Source: Eledone cirrhosa
Lineage: Eukaryota
DNA: 64,000 nucleotides
NCBI GenBank assembly: GCA_964016885.1
Contig: OZ024760.1
Coordinates: 31,806,001 to 31,870,000 of the forward strand
Direction: 5' to 3'
In this document: positions 1 to 13,800 of the stretch, piece after piece
Numbering within the stretch: position 1 is the first letter of the stretch
How the letters are laid out: every line of letters starts with the position of its first letter
Translations under genes and position numbers: made by a program
Notes under the pieces: generated by a model
Seen by the model: only the letters and a program-made list of their open reading frames with translations
The model's database searches: none
Told to the model about the DNA's origin: nothing

Positions 1-30
1 AGTAACTCGTAAAATAACATAACATATAAT

Positions 31-202
31 AATAATTGTTTCTACTTTTGGCACAAGGCCAGCAATTATTTCAGGGTATTACTGGTACTTTATTTTATCG
101 ACCCCGTAAGGATGAAAGGCAAATTTAACCTCAACTTTATTTGAACTCAGTCCGTAAAGGGACGTAACTGTGCTGCAAAAGCATGGCGTCCGACCCTCTA
201 CC
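31..202 (-). mobile_element. tRNA-derived SINE (family 1), near full length
   Basis: Reverse complement matches the + strand copies at 42602-42790 and 43808-43992 (GGTAGAGGGTCGGACGCCATGC...GAGTTCAAAT...CTTTCATCCTTACGGGGTCGATAAAATAAAGTACCAGT...GGCCTTGTGCC). Confidence 0.85.
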
Positions 203-204
203 TA

Positions 205-612
205 TATGAAAATTATTGTGTACAATGATCAGGTACACTTCAACTCATCAAAGGTGCATGTTTAGTACATAGAATAATTGTTTCTACTTTCGACACAAGG
301 CCAGCAATTATTCCAGTATATTACTGGTACTTTATTTTATCGACCCCGTAAGGATGAAAGGCAAAGTTAACCTCGGCGGGACATAGAATAATGTACAAAT
401 GTCAGAAAGGGAACAGTGTAGGTGCCATCATATACACACAGACAACTACATGAGTGGGAATATTAGGTGTAGTGTTGGGGAATTTCAGGAAGCTTGGAAA
501 TTTTAAAGGATGTAGTGTCCCGACAACTAACAACATATACAGATAATTTGTTCCGTGCTTCAGCAATTCTGAATGTGAAACAATGTTTCCGAAAGTCACG
601 GGAGCTGTCACA
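205..612 (-). mobile_element. 3' end fragment of a CR1/L2-like LINE, interrupted by a SINE
   Basis: Minus-strand 610-463 translates DSSRDFRKHCFTFRIAEARNKLSVYVVSCRDTTSFKISKLPEIPQHYT*, which resembles the CR1/L2 ORF2 C-terminal 'F..RV...WN.LP..VV' motif. The same 3' UTR recurs uninterrupted at 41283-41400 and partly at 44726-44782. Confidence 0.65.
279..380 (-). mobile_element. 5'-truncated SINE family 1 copy with 12-bp TSD
   Basis: ACATAGAATAAT flanks both sides (267-278 and 381-392). The empty-site version of this sequence is visible at about 41352. Confidence 0.85.
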
Positions 613-1394
613 ATAAATACGTTATAACAGAAGGCAACTGAGAGGCTACAATATAGAGATTTTAATGGGATTATAACACGACAAGGACAACGAGTGCGGG
701 ACAGAAGTTTTAAGTTTAAAATGTAGCGGTATATAACCAAGGAAAGATAACTCTCACATGAGCCAAGGGAGGTAAATCAATATTACAACCCCTAAATATT
801 TATATTTAGAAATTTTAGCGAGTTTAGTTGAGCATATATGTACAAACACACACACACACACATATATATATATACACAGTCGGACATTCACACACAAGGT
901 CAATGATACACACGTACACATGTATGCAAGGCTGGACATACACATACATACACGGTAGGACAACAAACACTAATCGCACTAAAACTGAACCATAGTCTTA
1001 AAAAAAACAGGGCACATTATATAGTGTAGTCCCTGACATACAACACCACCAGGAGCTAAACAACAGCCTTAAAATGTATACAAAAAATACCACCACCACC
1101 ATCGCCATCATCCAGTTGTATGTTTATTCTATATACAGCTGAGTCACACATCTAAATGTAGTAAACAGTAATGGATCTGTCCTCTCTCTCTCTCCCCCTC
1201 TCTCTCTCTCTCTTTCTATTTCATCCCCCCCCCTCTTAACTCTAACTCTATGTAGTCCTGGTTGATATTGCTAGTAATAACAGCTAAATCATCCTCTCTA
1301 ATCATGTCTCTAGTTGTTTCCCTATCTACTCCTTCTCCCTCCTATCTCTCTCTTCAAAGTTTGAAATAATACTGAAACTCATACAACATGATAC

Positions 1395-1770
1395 CACTCA
1401 CCACCACCACCACCACCACCACTCATCCCTACCACCCGTCACCACCACCACCACCACCACCACTCATCCCTACCACCCATCACCACCACCACCACCACCA
1501 CCACTACCACCCATCACCACCACCACCACTCATCCCTACCACCCATCACCACCACCACCATCATCACCACCACCACAACCATTCACCATCACCACCACCA
1601 CCATTCACCACCACCACAACCATTCACCACCACCACCATCACCACTACCATTCACCACCACCACAACCATTCACCACCACCACCATCACCACTACCATCA
1701 TCAAAATCATCACCACTCATCACCATTAATATCTCCACCACCACCACCCACCACCACCCACCACCACCAC
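1395..1770. repeat. (CAC)n-rich low-complexity repeat
   Basis: Degenerate CAC/CAT triplet runs. Confidence 0.95.
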
Positions 1771-1819
1771 AGTTATACATAGGCCTGCCTGATCAGGGCT
1801 GACCTAGGGTTAAATAATG

Positions 1820-1906
1820 GTTTCTGATTTAGGCACAAGGCCAGCAATTTTGGGGGAGGGGAAAGTCAATTAAATCGACTCCAGTGCATTACTGGTACTT
1901 TATTTT
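1820..1906 (-). mobile_element. SINE family 1 3' tail fragment
   Basis: AGGCACAAGGCCAGCAATTTT...ACTGGTACTTTATTTT matches the tail of the other copies. Confidence 0.7.
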
Positions 1907-1934
1907 GGGTTAAATAACAACAACAGTACAGTAA

Positions 1935-2895
1935 CACCACCACCACCAATAACAACAACAGCATGACCTCCATCATCACCACCACCACCACCACCACCAC
2001 CACCAGACACCACCATTACCACCACCACAACCACCAACACTACCACCATTACCACCACCACCATCACCACCACCACCACCACCATCACCACCACCATTAC
2101 CACCACCACAACCACCAACACCACCACCATTACCACCACCACCATCACCACCACCACCACCACCAGACACCACCATTACCACCACCACAACCACCAACAC
2201 CACCACCATTACCACCACCACCATCACCACCACCACCACCACCAGACACCACCATTATCACCACCACAACCACCAACACCACCACCATTACCACCACCGC
2301 CATCACCATTACCACCACCGCCATCACCACCACCAGCACCACCAGACACCACCATTACCACCACCACAACCACCAACACCACCACCATTACCACCACCAT
2401 CACCACCATTACCACCACCACAACCACCAACACCACCACCATTACCACCACCACCATCACCACCACCACCAGACACCACCATTACCACCACCACAACCAC
2501 CAACACCACCACCATCACCACCATCACCACCAGACACCACCATTACCACCACCACCACCACCACCAGACACCACCACCACCACCACCATCACCACCACCA
2601 CCACCAGACACCACCACCACCACCACCACCACCACCACCACCACCAGACACCACCACCACCACCACCACCACTAGACACCACCATTACCACCACCATCAC
2701 CACCATCACCAGACACCACCACCACCACCACCACCACCACCACCACCACCACCACCAGACACCACCATTACCACCACCATTACCACCACCACCACCAGAC
2801 ACCACCATTACCACCATCACCACCACCACCACCACCAGACACTACCACGACCACCAACACCACCACCATCACCACCACCACCACCACCATCAGAC
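1935..2895. repeat. (CAC)n-based minisatellite
   Basis: Recurrent CACCAGACACCACCATTACCACCACCACAACCACCAA units. Confidence 0.95.
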
Positions 2896-3045
2896 ACATT
2901 GCCAAATTTTTGAGAAAAGATTCGTTTGAAACTAAGAAACATTAATTTCCTCAGACACAGGAAAGTGACCTAATTGTAGACATTCTTTTATACATACATA
3001 CTGACAAACACATACATATATATATATACACATACATACTGACAA

Positions 3046-3078
<33 letters not shown>

Positions 3079-3211
3079 CATACATACTGACAAACACATA
3101 CATATATATATATATATAGACACATACATACTGACAAACACATATATATATATATATACATACTCACACACTCATACACATACATACATATATATATATA
3201 CATACTGACAA

Positions 3212-3250
<39 letters not shown>

Positions 3251-3362
3251 CTCACACACTCATACACATACATACATATATATATATACATACTGACAAA
3301 CACATACATATATTTATATATATATATACATACTGACAAACACATACATATATATATATAAT

Positions 3363-3635
3363 ATATAAGATCAAAAGATGGTTAAAAGAGTTCCATGTAT
3401 TTTATTATGCGCATTTCAAAAACAAATATCATCATGAGATGACATTTGTGTGTTCGTCAGATAAAATAGGGAGACATGATATTTGTTTTTGAAATGCGCA
3501 TAATAAAATACATGGAACTCTTTTAACCATCTTTTGATCTTATATTATGTATACTCCAGTCCCACAAACTGTAGAGTGCTACTTATCCGATATCTGCATT
3601 GCTTTATTGTACTACAATAAAACTCACCTCCTACA
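3363..3635. mobile_element. Fold-back insertion: about 70-bp inverted arms (3363-3432 / 3476-3545) plus about 90-bp tail, probably Penelope pLTR-derived
   Basis: Near-perfect inverted repeat read directly. It contains a hammerhead motif and is embedded in a TA-rich repeat. Confidence 0.7.
3397..3468 (-). ncRNA. Minimal type I hammerhead ribozyme motif, intact core
   Basis: Minus strand reads UAUUUUAU-CUGACGA-acac ACAAAUGUCAUC ucau GAUGAUAUUUGU uuu-GAAA-UGCGCA-UA-AUAAAA. Stem I UUUUAU/AUAAAA, 12-bp stem II with an imperfect base, palindromic stem III. Confidence 0.75.
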
Positions 3636-3666
3636 TATATATATATATACATACTGACAAACACAT

Positions 3667-3717
<51 letters not shown>

Positions 3718-3883
3718 CATACTCACACACTCACACACATACATACACATATATATATATATACATACATACTCACACACTGACACACATACATATATAT
3801 ATACATACATACTGACATACACACATACATATATATATATACATACATACTCACACACTCACACACATAAATATATACATACT

Positions 3884-3914
<31 letters not shown>

Positions 3915-4123
3915 TCATACATACTCACACACACACTCACATATATATAAAAATATATACATACACAGACACACATTCACATACATATATGTATATACAT
4001 ACATACACACACACACATATATATATATATATAAATATATATACACACACATATATGCATATATATATATATATAGATAGATAGATAAATATACACGGGT
4101 GTGTATGATTGTGTATAGAAGAT

Positions 4124-4445
4124 TATATTAATAAGAGGAATTCCAATTTTGTCTGATTTACTCGTTTTATTTAGAATCCTTTAAAATTTATAATGGTATT
4201 ATAATGAAATAGTATGATAGAATATTAAATGTTAAGTGTTAATTGAACAAGTACTTTTTTTGCTTTCGCAATCTTCAGGTTCATAATGTGGTGACAGTCA
4301 AGTTCAATTTGACAGTACTTGTTCAATTAACACTTAACATTTAATATTCTATCATACTATTTCATTATAATACCATTATAAATTTTAAAGGATTGTAAAT
4401 AAAACAAGTAAATCAGACAAAGTTGGAATTCCTCTTATTAATATA
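4124..4445. mobile_element. Fold-back insertion with about 130-bp inverted arms (4124-4255 / 4314-4445) and a decayed hammerhead
   Basis: Arms match with few mismatches. Minus 4244-4283 reads UGAAC-CUGAAGA-UUGC GAAA GCAA-aAAA-AGUACU-U-GUUCA, with core G12 and the cleavage nucleotide lost. Confidence 0.7.
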
Positions 4446-4570
4446 TATATATATAGAGAGAGAGAAAAATGAGGTTGGTAATGGCACATGGAATATATGA
4501 GACAGAATACTTTTTTGTGAAAAAACATATAATTTTATAAGGTAAGGAAATAATAAAGGGTATAAAAAAA

Positions 4571-4602
<32 letters not shown>

Positions 4603-4784
4603 ATATATCCATACATATACATAAAACCTGCACACACATAGATAGCTGTGTGGTTTAGACAGATATACACACATATCCACATACATACACACACACACAT
4701 ATGCATATAATGCAGTGGTTTACACACACACTCACACATATTCACACACACACATCCACATACATACAAACACAGCTTGTTTGT

Positions 4785-4902
4785 AAATGTGGTTTCAAAT
4801 TTGATCCCATTACATGGTCCCTTGTACAGCAGTTATACACTGGGGAGATAACTGTCTTGTGAGTGGAATTTGGTAGACAGGACCTGTGTAGAAGTCCATC
4901 AT
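4785..4902 (+). mobile_element. Decayed SINE-like fragment (third family)
   Basis: CTTGTGAGTGGAATTTGGTAGACAGG...GAAGTCCATC running into (TA)n resembles a common octopus SINE 3' half. Recalled, not searched. Confidence 0.4.
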
Positions 4903-5808
4903 ATATACATATATATCTATATATATCTTTCTATCTATCTCTATATATATATATATACAGTGGCGGACTGGGTCTAAAAATATTGGTTGCCAGGAGATGA
5001 AGGGGGCCCACCTACATATAGAATGCTATCATTTAATTTTTATAATGAATAAATAACATTTTCAAAAAATACCTAAGTGGAAACAAAACTGCAATCAAAT
5101 TTTTGCAGAAATATATCTTACCTTCTCCATTATAAAATATTATGTATTTTGTGAAATCCAGAGACTTTCAATAATGACCAGAAGTCGACCCTAAATATTA
5201 CTAATAGCTCTAGGAAAGCCATGAACCAACCACAGCTTTTTAACTTTGATTTTGAAATACACTTTTGGAGCTGTCTCGGTGGCCTACTTGGTGGAATCAT
5301 AGACGGTGGTGTTCCTAGTCTGAAGTTCAATCCTGGTTGGGAGTAAGGTTCCTGGTAAACCTTTTCAGTTATTTTCAAATTGTAAAATAAAAACTGAAAA
5401 AGGCTACATGTACATCTTGACCAGGATTGAACCCAAGGCCAGGATCTCCACCGTGTCTAGTACCTACCACTAGGTCACTGAGACAACTACAAAAATCTTA
5501 TGAAAATTCATACTTATAAACTTACTTTCAACATTTTCAAAAACAAAGTGTTGTGGTGTCATTCATGTCTTTCTTAATGTTATTGCTCCTACTTAAGGTC
5601 GACTTCTAAATCATTTGGGTGTTCCATAAACTACATCCTCGTTTTGTTTCTCATCTATCTGGACTTTATTTTAACCTGTAATCCATGTTTCATTTCTGTT
5701 GCACCTCATTACCCCCTCTCTGATATTTTAATTTACTATGATTTGGGCTTACTTTATTCATATATATATGTTTATGCACGTCAGATACAAATTTACAATG
5801 ATTGGCAT

Positions 5809-5846
<38 letters not shown>

Positions 5847-5850
5847 TATA

Positions 5851-6484
5851 CGAAGCCTGCATGCTCCGATGGATGTGTAACAGTAATATACGTGAACGAC
5901 AAAGCATAAATGAATTGAGAGAGAGACTGAGCATAAGAGGAATCAAATGCTGTGTGCAGGAGCGGCGGTTGCGCTGGTATGGACATGTGATGCGTATGAA
6001 GGATGACAGCTGCATAAAAAGGTGCAGAGCACTAGAAGTTGATGGAAACCGCGGAGTGGGGAGACCCAAGATGACCTGGGATGAGGTGATAAAAGCCGAC
6101 CTTACCCAATTGCACCTCTCAAAGACAATGACACACGACCGTGACTTCTGGCGTCACGCAATAATACAGAGTACCCGACCTCCCATGGGTACAAGCTGAA
6201 GCATATAGACAATATGCCCCCACACACCCCACTGCAAGGTGGTCGTGGAGGTGCCATGGCAAAAAAGCACCCAGCCCACACTGTAAAGTGGACATGTAGG
6301 CGCCACGGAAAAAAGCACCCAGCACTCACTGTAAATGAGGTTGGTGTTAGGAAGGGCATCCAGCTGTAGAAATCAAGCCAAATCAGTTCCTGTATGAGCA
6401 TGGCATGGTCAGCCGACCAGACACTGCCCACAACAGGACAACCCGTCTAACCCATGCTAGCGTGGAAGAACGGACGTAAAACGG

Positions 6485-6514
<30 letters not shown>
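5851..6514 (+). mobile_element. RTE LINE subfamily A, 5'-truncated 3' end
   Basis: EACMLRWMC...RRLRWYGHVMRM...GRPKMTW...DRDFWR is an RTE C-terminus. It is followed by a 3' UTR and (GAT)n tail and is inserted in (TA)n. Confidence 0.92.
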
Positions 6515-6547
<33 letters not shown>

Positions 6548-7067
6548 TTATATTATTTGTTTGCTAAAAAAATCAAATTAAATTAATTCAACAGTTAAAC
6601 ACACATAGGAATAATAAAGTTGTTACCAAAGAGCCAGAAGATTGATAAGTCGACCCTAAATATTATTAATTTTTAACTTTGATTTTGAAAGTAGGTTTAT
6701 AATTATTAATTTTCATTACACTTTTGGAGCTGTCTTGGTGGCCTAGTTGGAGGAATCATAGACGGTGGTGTTCCTAGTCTGAAGTTCAATCTTGGTCGGG
6801 AGTAGGGGTTCCCGGTAAACCTTTTCAGTTATTTTCTATTGGTTGTAAAATAAAAAATTGAAAAAGGTTACACGTACCTCTTGGCCAAGATTGAACCCAT
6901 GACCAAGATCTCAACATCTCTAGTACCTACCACTAGGCCACAGAGACAAATACAAAAATCTTATGAAAATTCATACTTATAAACCTACTTTCAAAATCCA
7001 ATGACTTTCAATAATGACCTTTGGTCTTTCACACTCACTCACTCAATATATATATATATATATATAT

Positions 7068-8408
7068 ATCATCATCATCATCATCATCATCATTTAACGT
7101 CCACTTTCTACGCTAGCATGGGTTAGACGGGAGTTGTCCCACTTGAGGCAAGGTTGGTTGGGTGACCGTGTCTCACTCATATAGGACTATCTGGCAGGTT
7201 TTCTACGGCTGGATGCCCTTCCTAACACCAACCACATTACAGCGTGGACTGTCTGTTTTTTTCTCATGACACCTACACAATCTCGATCTCATTATCTCAT
7301 TTATTTGGACTGGATGTTGTGGTACCAGCTTTACAGAGAGAGGGTGGTGTTGGTGGGAGTGGGAGGATATAGTAGGGGTAGTGGATTAGGGTGTATATTT
7401 GGTTAAGAGGTGCCTATTGACTGTAGGTTTTGCTTTGTACATAAGCAAGGCGGGTCTTCTGTATTACTGCATAGCGCCAAAGATCTCGGTCCAGTGACAT
7501 TATTTTCCTTTCTACAAACTAGGACTTTAGTCTTAGACAAGTTAACTAAGGCCTTTTGATTCTAGGCCATGCTTCCATGTTTGGAATTTCTTTTCTAGTT
7601 CAGCCATTGATTCAGCTATGAGCGTTAGATCATCTGCGTATAGGAGTTCCCATGGGCAGCCGGTCTTGAACTTCTCTGTTATAGCCTGAAGGGCAATAAT
7701 AAATAAGAGGGGGCTAAGGACAGAGCCTTGATGAACGCCAACTTTTACACTAAATTCTTCACAATATTCAATGTTAATTCTAACCTTGCTGACTGTTTCT
7801 TTATACATAGCTTGTATAGCTCTCACAAGCCATTCATCTACACCTAGTTTTCTAAGAGCCCACCAGATAATGGAGCGGGGGACTCTGTCAAAGGCTTTCT
7901 CCAAGTCTACAAAAGCTAAGTAGAGGGGTTTACTTTTAGCTAGGTACTTCTCCTGTAGTTGTCGTACAAGGAAAAGAGCGTCTGTGGTACTTTTACCTGA
8001 CACAAACCCGAACTGCATTTCATCTAGATCAATTCGCTCTCTGATTAGTTACGCTATAACTCTTTCTGTGACCTTCATGACCTGGTCAATTAACTTAATG
8101 CCTCTATAGTTTCCTCTATCTAGGGCATCTCCTTTACCCTTGTAGCAGTTAATGATGATGCTGCTACGCCAGTCTTTTGGTATGACTCCATTCTGTATTA
8201 CTTGGTTAACTATACGGGTGACCATAGTATGTCCCACCATTCCAGATGCCTTCAACATCTCAGCAACTATCTCTGAAGGCCCAGCTGCTTTGCCTGTCTT
8301 CATATCTTTGATTGCCTTACTTATTATACTACTTTTAACTTGCTCCGCTGGTCCTTCTATTGTATCGATTTGGGGCAGACTATCTTTTCCCCACTTATTC
8401 TCCTCATA
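7068..8408 (-). mobile_element. RTE LINE subfamily B, 5'-truncated with internal deletion
   Basis: RT motifs KGKGDALDRGNYRGIKL, FVDLEKAFDRVP, GVHQGSVLSPLLF and LLYADDL. At about 7503 KVLVCRKEN joins directly to MSLDRDLWRY, skipping about 750 bp present in the 12172-14167 copy. Confidence 0.92.
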
Positions 8409-9032
8409 GCAGCAGTACCCAGCGTTGCCTGGGTAGGTAAAATAATATCTGCTTTGATGAAAAGGTATTGATCTTAGTGACTGCTTCTCGATGACTCAGC
8501 TATGGCCACACACAGGCCATGCGGGGGAGGGTGATGATGACCTCTATAACTGAGAAACGTGGGTGACTGACGAAGGGGCATGCTGGGGGAGGGAGTTTCG
8601 AATTCAAACGAAATCGGTTGAAAATGTAGGAGCTAGAGCCGAAAAGGCGGAAATTTGAGCGAAAAAGTGGTATTTCGAATATTTAAGCAACTGCCACGCC
8701 ATTTCTGAACAACAAAAGCAAAATATAAAGCCATTACAGGATGTGCAATGATAAATTCTATTTTGCTTTGAAATTTGAACGAAATCCGTGGCAAAATGTG
8801 GGAGCTAGAGCCAAAATTCTTATTTTTCGATATCTAAAAAAAGGTGACACCCCTATCGATTTTTATCTGCAGAACGACCCCGGAATAAAAAAAACGATAT
8901 GCTGATATATAGAAAACACTCCCCGATGACTAATCTATGAGCCTGTAAAGTTTCATGAAAATCGGTCGTAAGCTGTAGGTAACACACAGACACACACACA
9001 CATACTTAATTTTATATATATACAGATATAGA
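8408..9032 (-). mobile_element. Non-autonomous Helitron
   Basis: Minus strand starts TCTATAT followed by a (TG) microsatellite, and ends with the hairpin TACCCAGGCAACGCTGGGTA then CTGCTGCTA (terminal G lost). Same architecture as 20772-21676. Confidence 0.7.
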
Positions 9033-9969
9033 TGATAGATACACACACACATATATATATATATTGAGTGAGTATGAAAGACCAAAGGTCATTATTGAAA
9101 GTCTCTGGATTTTGAAAGTAGGTTTATAAGTATGAATTTTCATAAGATTTTTGTATTTGTCTCTGTGGCCTAGTGGTAGGTACTAGAGATGTTGAGATCT
9201 TGGTCATGGGTTCAATCTTGGCCAAGAGGTACGTGTAACCTTTTTCGATTTTTTATTTTACAACCAATAGAAAAAATATGAAAAGGTTTACTGGGAACCC
9301 CTACTACCAACCAGGATCGAACTTCAGACGAGGCTCACTCCCGTCTATGATTCCTCCAGCTAGGCCACCAAGACAGCTACAAGAGTATAATGAAAATTAA
9401 TAATTATAAACCTACTTTCAAAATCAAAGTTAAAAATGGATGCTCGTGTGTCTGTGTCTATATATGTATGTTTCTATATATGTATGTTTCTATATATGTA
9501 TGTTTGCATGAATAAATACACTAATAGTGAATGTACAACCACTGATTCCAGCTATCTATACTATGATATATTTTGGTTTCTAGTAATACCCTGGGGAATT
9601 GGTTGACCAAATGCTTTCTGAATTGTTTTATTAATTTAAAATTTTTTTTATTCTTTCTCTTAGATTTCAGCTATATTTTGAAAGCAAAGCATTGGTCCCT
9701 AATATACTACAATGGGCCCTGCAATGCTACTGTAGGCTCTTGTAGTGCTACCATTGGGCAACCTGGAAAGTCCGCCACTGTATACACTCACACACACACA
9801 CGCGCGCACACATATATATATATATACACACATATATATATATATATACACACCCTCTTCCTGCTATATCAAGCGTTAACCTAATATATCCCTTCCATGT
9901 ACTGTACCAATTGTGTTGTTATTTCTGTTTACCTTTTACATACATATACATATATGATGGACATATATG

Positions 9970-10350
9970 ATGGACTCTCCCGTCGATATCCGACGTATCA
10001 GTGTCCAACAAAAGTTAAATGTGAGAAAGTGAACTGATGTTGAACTACCCACACAAAGTTTTGTTTTAAGTGGTGAAGGCTTGTCTAGGACCAACCACAC
10101 TTTTTGGAACTGACGACACATATCTTCACGGAAAATTCAACGACAGCTCTCAGCTATTTGGATGGCCGTTGACTCTGCTGAGTTACTCCGCCCTCTGCCA
10201 GGTCTTGTATTTCATCCCATAGGGTGTCCAAATATCACCCTCCTCACCAAGCAAGCTTGGTGGGGTTGCTGGTTTTGTCGCTGACGATCTGACCTTCAGG
10301 CAAGTTGTACTGGGTTACATGTTACCATTAGCACTCGAGAGCGACCTGAC
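9970..10350 (-). mobile_element. Probable retroelement (RTE-like) 5' UTR fragment
   Basis: GC-richer island between TA tracts with no ORF. Resemblance to RTE leader sequence is from memory only. Confidence 0.3.
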
Positions 10351-10393
10351 ATTATATATATATATATATGGTTACCCCCAATTGAACCTGGGT

Positions 10394-10483
<90 letters not shown>

Positions 10484-10884
10484 CATATATATATGAGGTT
10501 ATACATGTTCACAATCTCTTATCTGAAAGCCTTGGGACCAGACACTTTTAGGATTTTCGAAGGAAGATATGTAACATAGATTTTAAAGTTATTTTATCTT
10601 CCCACTCATTGACATCATCTTCTTCAGCTCTATTCCAGTTTAAAAAATGAGAAAGAATTTCAGATAAAAGCTTGTGAACCTGAAGTGTAATAGTTCACTA
10701 TTTTCCTTGGTATGATGAGTTAAACTCAATAGACTTACATTAACCCTTTAGCATTTAAACCTCCCATATCTGGCCAGGATTCTCTCACTTTTTTCTGTTC
10801 AAACTGGCCATAACTGGCCACTCCTACTGTTGTTAAGGTATTGTTCTCAAAATAAATAATATGAAAATCTCATAGATTCGATAT

Positions 10885-13800
10885 CATGCGAGATATTTAT
10901 GTGAGGTAAAGCCTTTACTGCGAAAATACAATAGTATATATAGAGTAATGTAAATGTTATGTGAGATTTTATGTGAGGTAAAGCCTTTACTGTGAAAATA
11001 TAATAGTATATATAGAGTAATGTAAATGTTATGTGAGGTAAAGCCTTTACTGTGAAAATACAATAGTATATATAGAGTAATGTAAATGCTATGTGAGGTA
11101 AAGCCTTTACTGTGAAAATACAATAGTATATATATAGTAATGTAAATGTTATGTGAGATATTATGTGAGGTAAAGTTTTTACTGTGAAAATATAATAGTA
11201 TATATAGAGTAATGTAAATGCTATGTTAGGTAAAGCCTTTACTGTGAAAATACAATAGTATATATATAGAGTAATGTAAATGTTATGTGAGATATTATGT
11301 GAGGTAAACTCTTTACTGTGTAAATATAATAGTATATATAGAGTAATGTAAATGTTATGTGAGATATTATGTGAGGTAAAGTCTTTACTGTGTAAATATA
11401 ATAGTTTATATAGAGTAATGTAAATGTTATGTGAGAAATTATGTGAGGTAAAGTCTTTACTGTGAAAATATAATAGTATATATAGAGTAATGTAAATGTT
11501 ATGTGAGATATTATGTGAGGTAAAGCCTTTACTGTGAAAATATAATAGTATATATAGAGTAATGTAAATGCTATGTGAGGTAAAGCCTTTACTGTGAAAA
11601 TACAATAGTATATATAGAGTAATGTAAATATTATGTGAGAAATTATGTGAGGTAAAGTCTTTACTGTGAAAATATAATAGTATATATAGAGTAATGTAAA
11701 TGTTATGTGAGATATGTGAGGTAAAGCCTTTACTGTGAAAATATAATAGTATATATAGAGTAATGTAAATGCTATGTTAGGTAAAGACTTTACTGTGAAA
11801 ATACAATAGTATATATAGAGTAAATTAAATGTTATGTGAGATATTATGTGAGGTAAAGCCTTTACTGTGAAAATACAATAGTATATATAGAGTAATGTAA
11901 ATGTTATGTGAGATATTATGTGAGGTAAAGCCTTTACTGTGAAAATACAATAGTATATATAGAGTAATGTAAATGTTATGTGAGATATTATGTGAGGTAA
12001 AGCCTTTACTGTGAAAATACAATAGTATATATAGAGTAAATTAAATGTTATGTGAGATATTATGTGAGGTAAAGTCTTTACTGTGAAAATACAATAGTAT
12101 ATATAGAGTAATGTAAATGTTATGTGAGATATTATGTGAGGTAAAGTCTTTACTGTGTAAATATAATAGTATCATCATCATCATCATCATCATCTTCGTT
12201 TAACGTCCATATTCCACGCTCGCATGGGTTTGGATGGGAGTTTTCCCACTTGAGGCAAAAGTGGTTGTCTTGCTCGCATAGGACTGTCTGGCGGGCTGTC
12301 TACGGCTGGATGCCCTTCCTAACACCAACCACATTTACAGTGTGGAACTGGGATGTTTTTACCGTGTTACCTACACGGCCACATTACAGCGTGGACTGTG
12401 TGTTTTTTTGTCGTGACACCTACATGACCTCATTTGTTTCGGGCTGGATGTTGTGGTACCAACATAACTTTACATTGAAAGGGGTGGTGTGGATGGGGTG
12501 GGGGTAGTGGGATGGGAGTGTATTTTGTTAGAGGTGCTTACTGACTGTAGTAGGTTTCACTTTGCACTTAGGTAAGGCGGGTCTTCTCTATTACTGTGTA
12601 GCGCCAAAGATCTCGGTCCAGTGACATTGTCTTGGAGAGGTGTAAGTGTGTGAGGTTGGAATTTATCAAGTCGTCCCAGGTTTTTCTGGGTCTGCCTACT
12701 CCGTGGCTACCGTCTATCTTTATTGCCCTGCACTTTTTTATACAGCTGTCGTCTTTCATGCGCATCATGTGACCATACCAACGTAGTCTTCTCTCGAGTA
12801 AACAACATCTGATCCCTCTTATTTCTAATTTTTCCCTTAGTTCGTTTATGCTTTGCCGTTCACATATATTACTATTACACTTCCAGCGGAGCATGCAAGC
12901 TTCGTTTCTCTCCAGTCTGTGTATATCCTTTGCACACAATGCCCAGGTTTCACTGCCATGTAACATTGCTGTTCGTATGCAGGCATCATACAGCCTGCCT
13001 TTCATTTTTAGAGAGAACCCTTTAGCGGCCAATAGTGGTATAAGCTCTCTGAACTTTTTCCATCCCGTTCTGACTCTAGCTACTGTACTTTCAGAGCACC
13101 TTCCCCCACTGCTGATTTTATCACCCAGGTAATGGAAGCTGTCGACTATTTCTATAGAACCATCTGTGCAATGGAATGAGTTAGTATTCTGTGGGCACTT
13201 GCTGCTACTTATTGCACCAGAGCACCGGCCACATATAAAATCTATATTCTTAGTTAGCTTACCTGTGATCCCACTACATCTTTTATGTACCCATACTTTG
13301 CATTTGGGACATAAAATGGAGTTTCTACCTACTCCTTTCCTACATACTGAGCATGGCCATTTCCCAGATGGGACCGGTGCCCTATTTTCCTTCCTTCAAA
13401 CTAGAACTTTAGTCTTAGACAAGTTAACCTTAAGGCCTTTTGATTCTAGGCCATGCTTCCATGTTTGGAATTTCTTCTCTAGTTCAGCCATTGATTCAGC
13501 TATGAGCGTTAGATCATCTGCATATAGGAGTTCCCATGGGCAGCCGGTCTTGAACTTCTCTGTTATAGCCTGAAGGGCAATAATAAATAGTAGGGGGCTA
13601 AGGACGGGGCCCTGATAAACACCAACTTTTACGCTAAACTCTTCACTATATTCGTTGTTAATTCTAACCTTGCTGACTGTTTCTTTATACATGGCTTGTA
13701 TAGCTCTCACAAGCCATTCATCAACACCTAGTTTTCTAAGGGCCCACCAGATAATGGAGCGGGGTACTCCTGTCAAAGGCTTTCTCCAAGTCAACAAAAG

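Larger units (their letters stand above)
2990..4090. repeat. CATACTGACAAACACATACA/(TA)n compound minisatellite, interrupted at about 3363-3635
   Basis: Repeated CATACTGACAAACACATACA units separated by TA runs. Confidence 0.85.
6670..9437. repeat. About 380-bp inverted repeat (6670-7050 / 9061-9437) with RTE and Helitron sequence in its centre
   Basis: 9061-9437 is the reverse complement of 6670-7050. A third direct copy lies at about 5240-5535. Confidence 0.85.
4958..9780. mobile_element. Non-autonomous TIR DNA element (hAT-like CAG termini) with nested insertions
   Basis: Perfect 12-bp TIR CAGTGGCGGACT (4958-4969) / AGTCCGCCACTG (9769-9780), subterminal GGGCCC at both ends, flanked by TATA. 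The TSD length is unclear. Confidence 0.7.

Noticed and set aside
1388-2913. His/Pro/Thr-rich ORFs
   Set aside because: Translations of (CAC)n repeats, open in several frames, with no splice or codon evidence. The same applies to 28767-29258.
5270-5490. Functional tRNA genes (also the SINE heads)
   Set aside because: A/B boxes are present but I could not form a complete cloverleaf, and the units lie within repeats.
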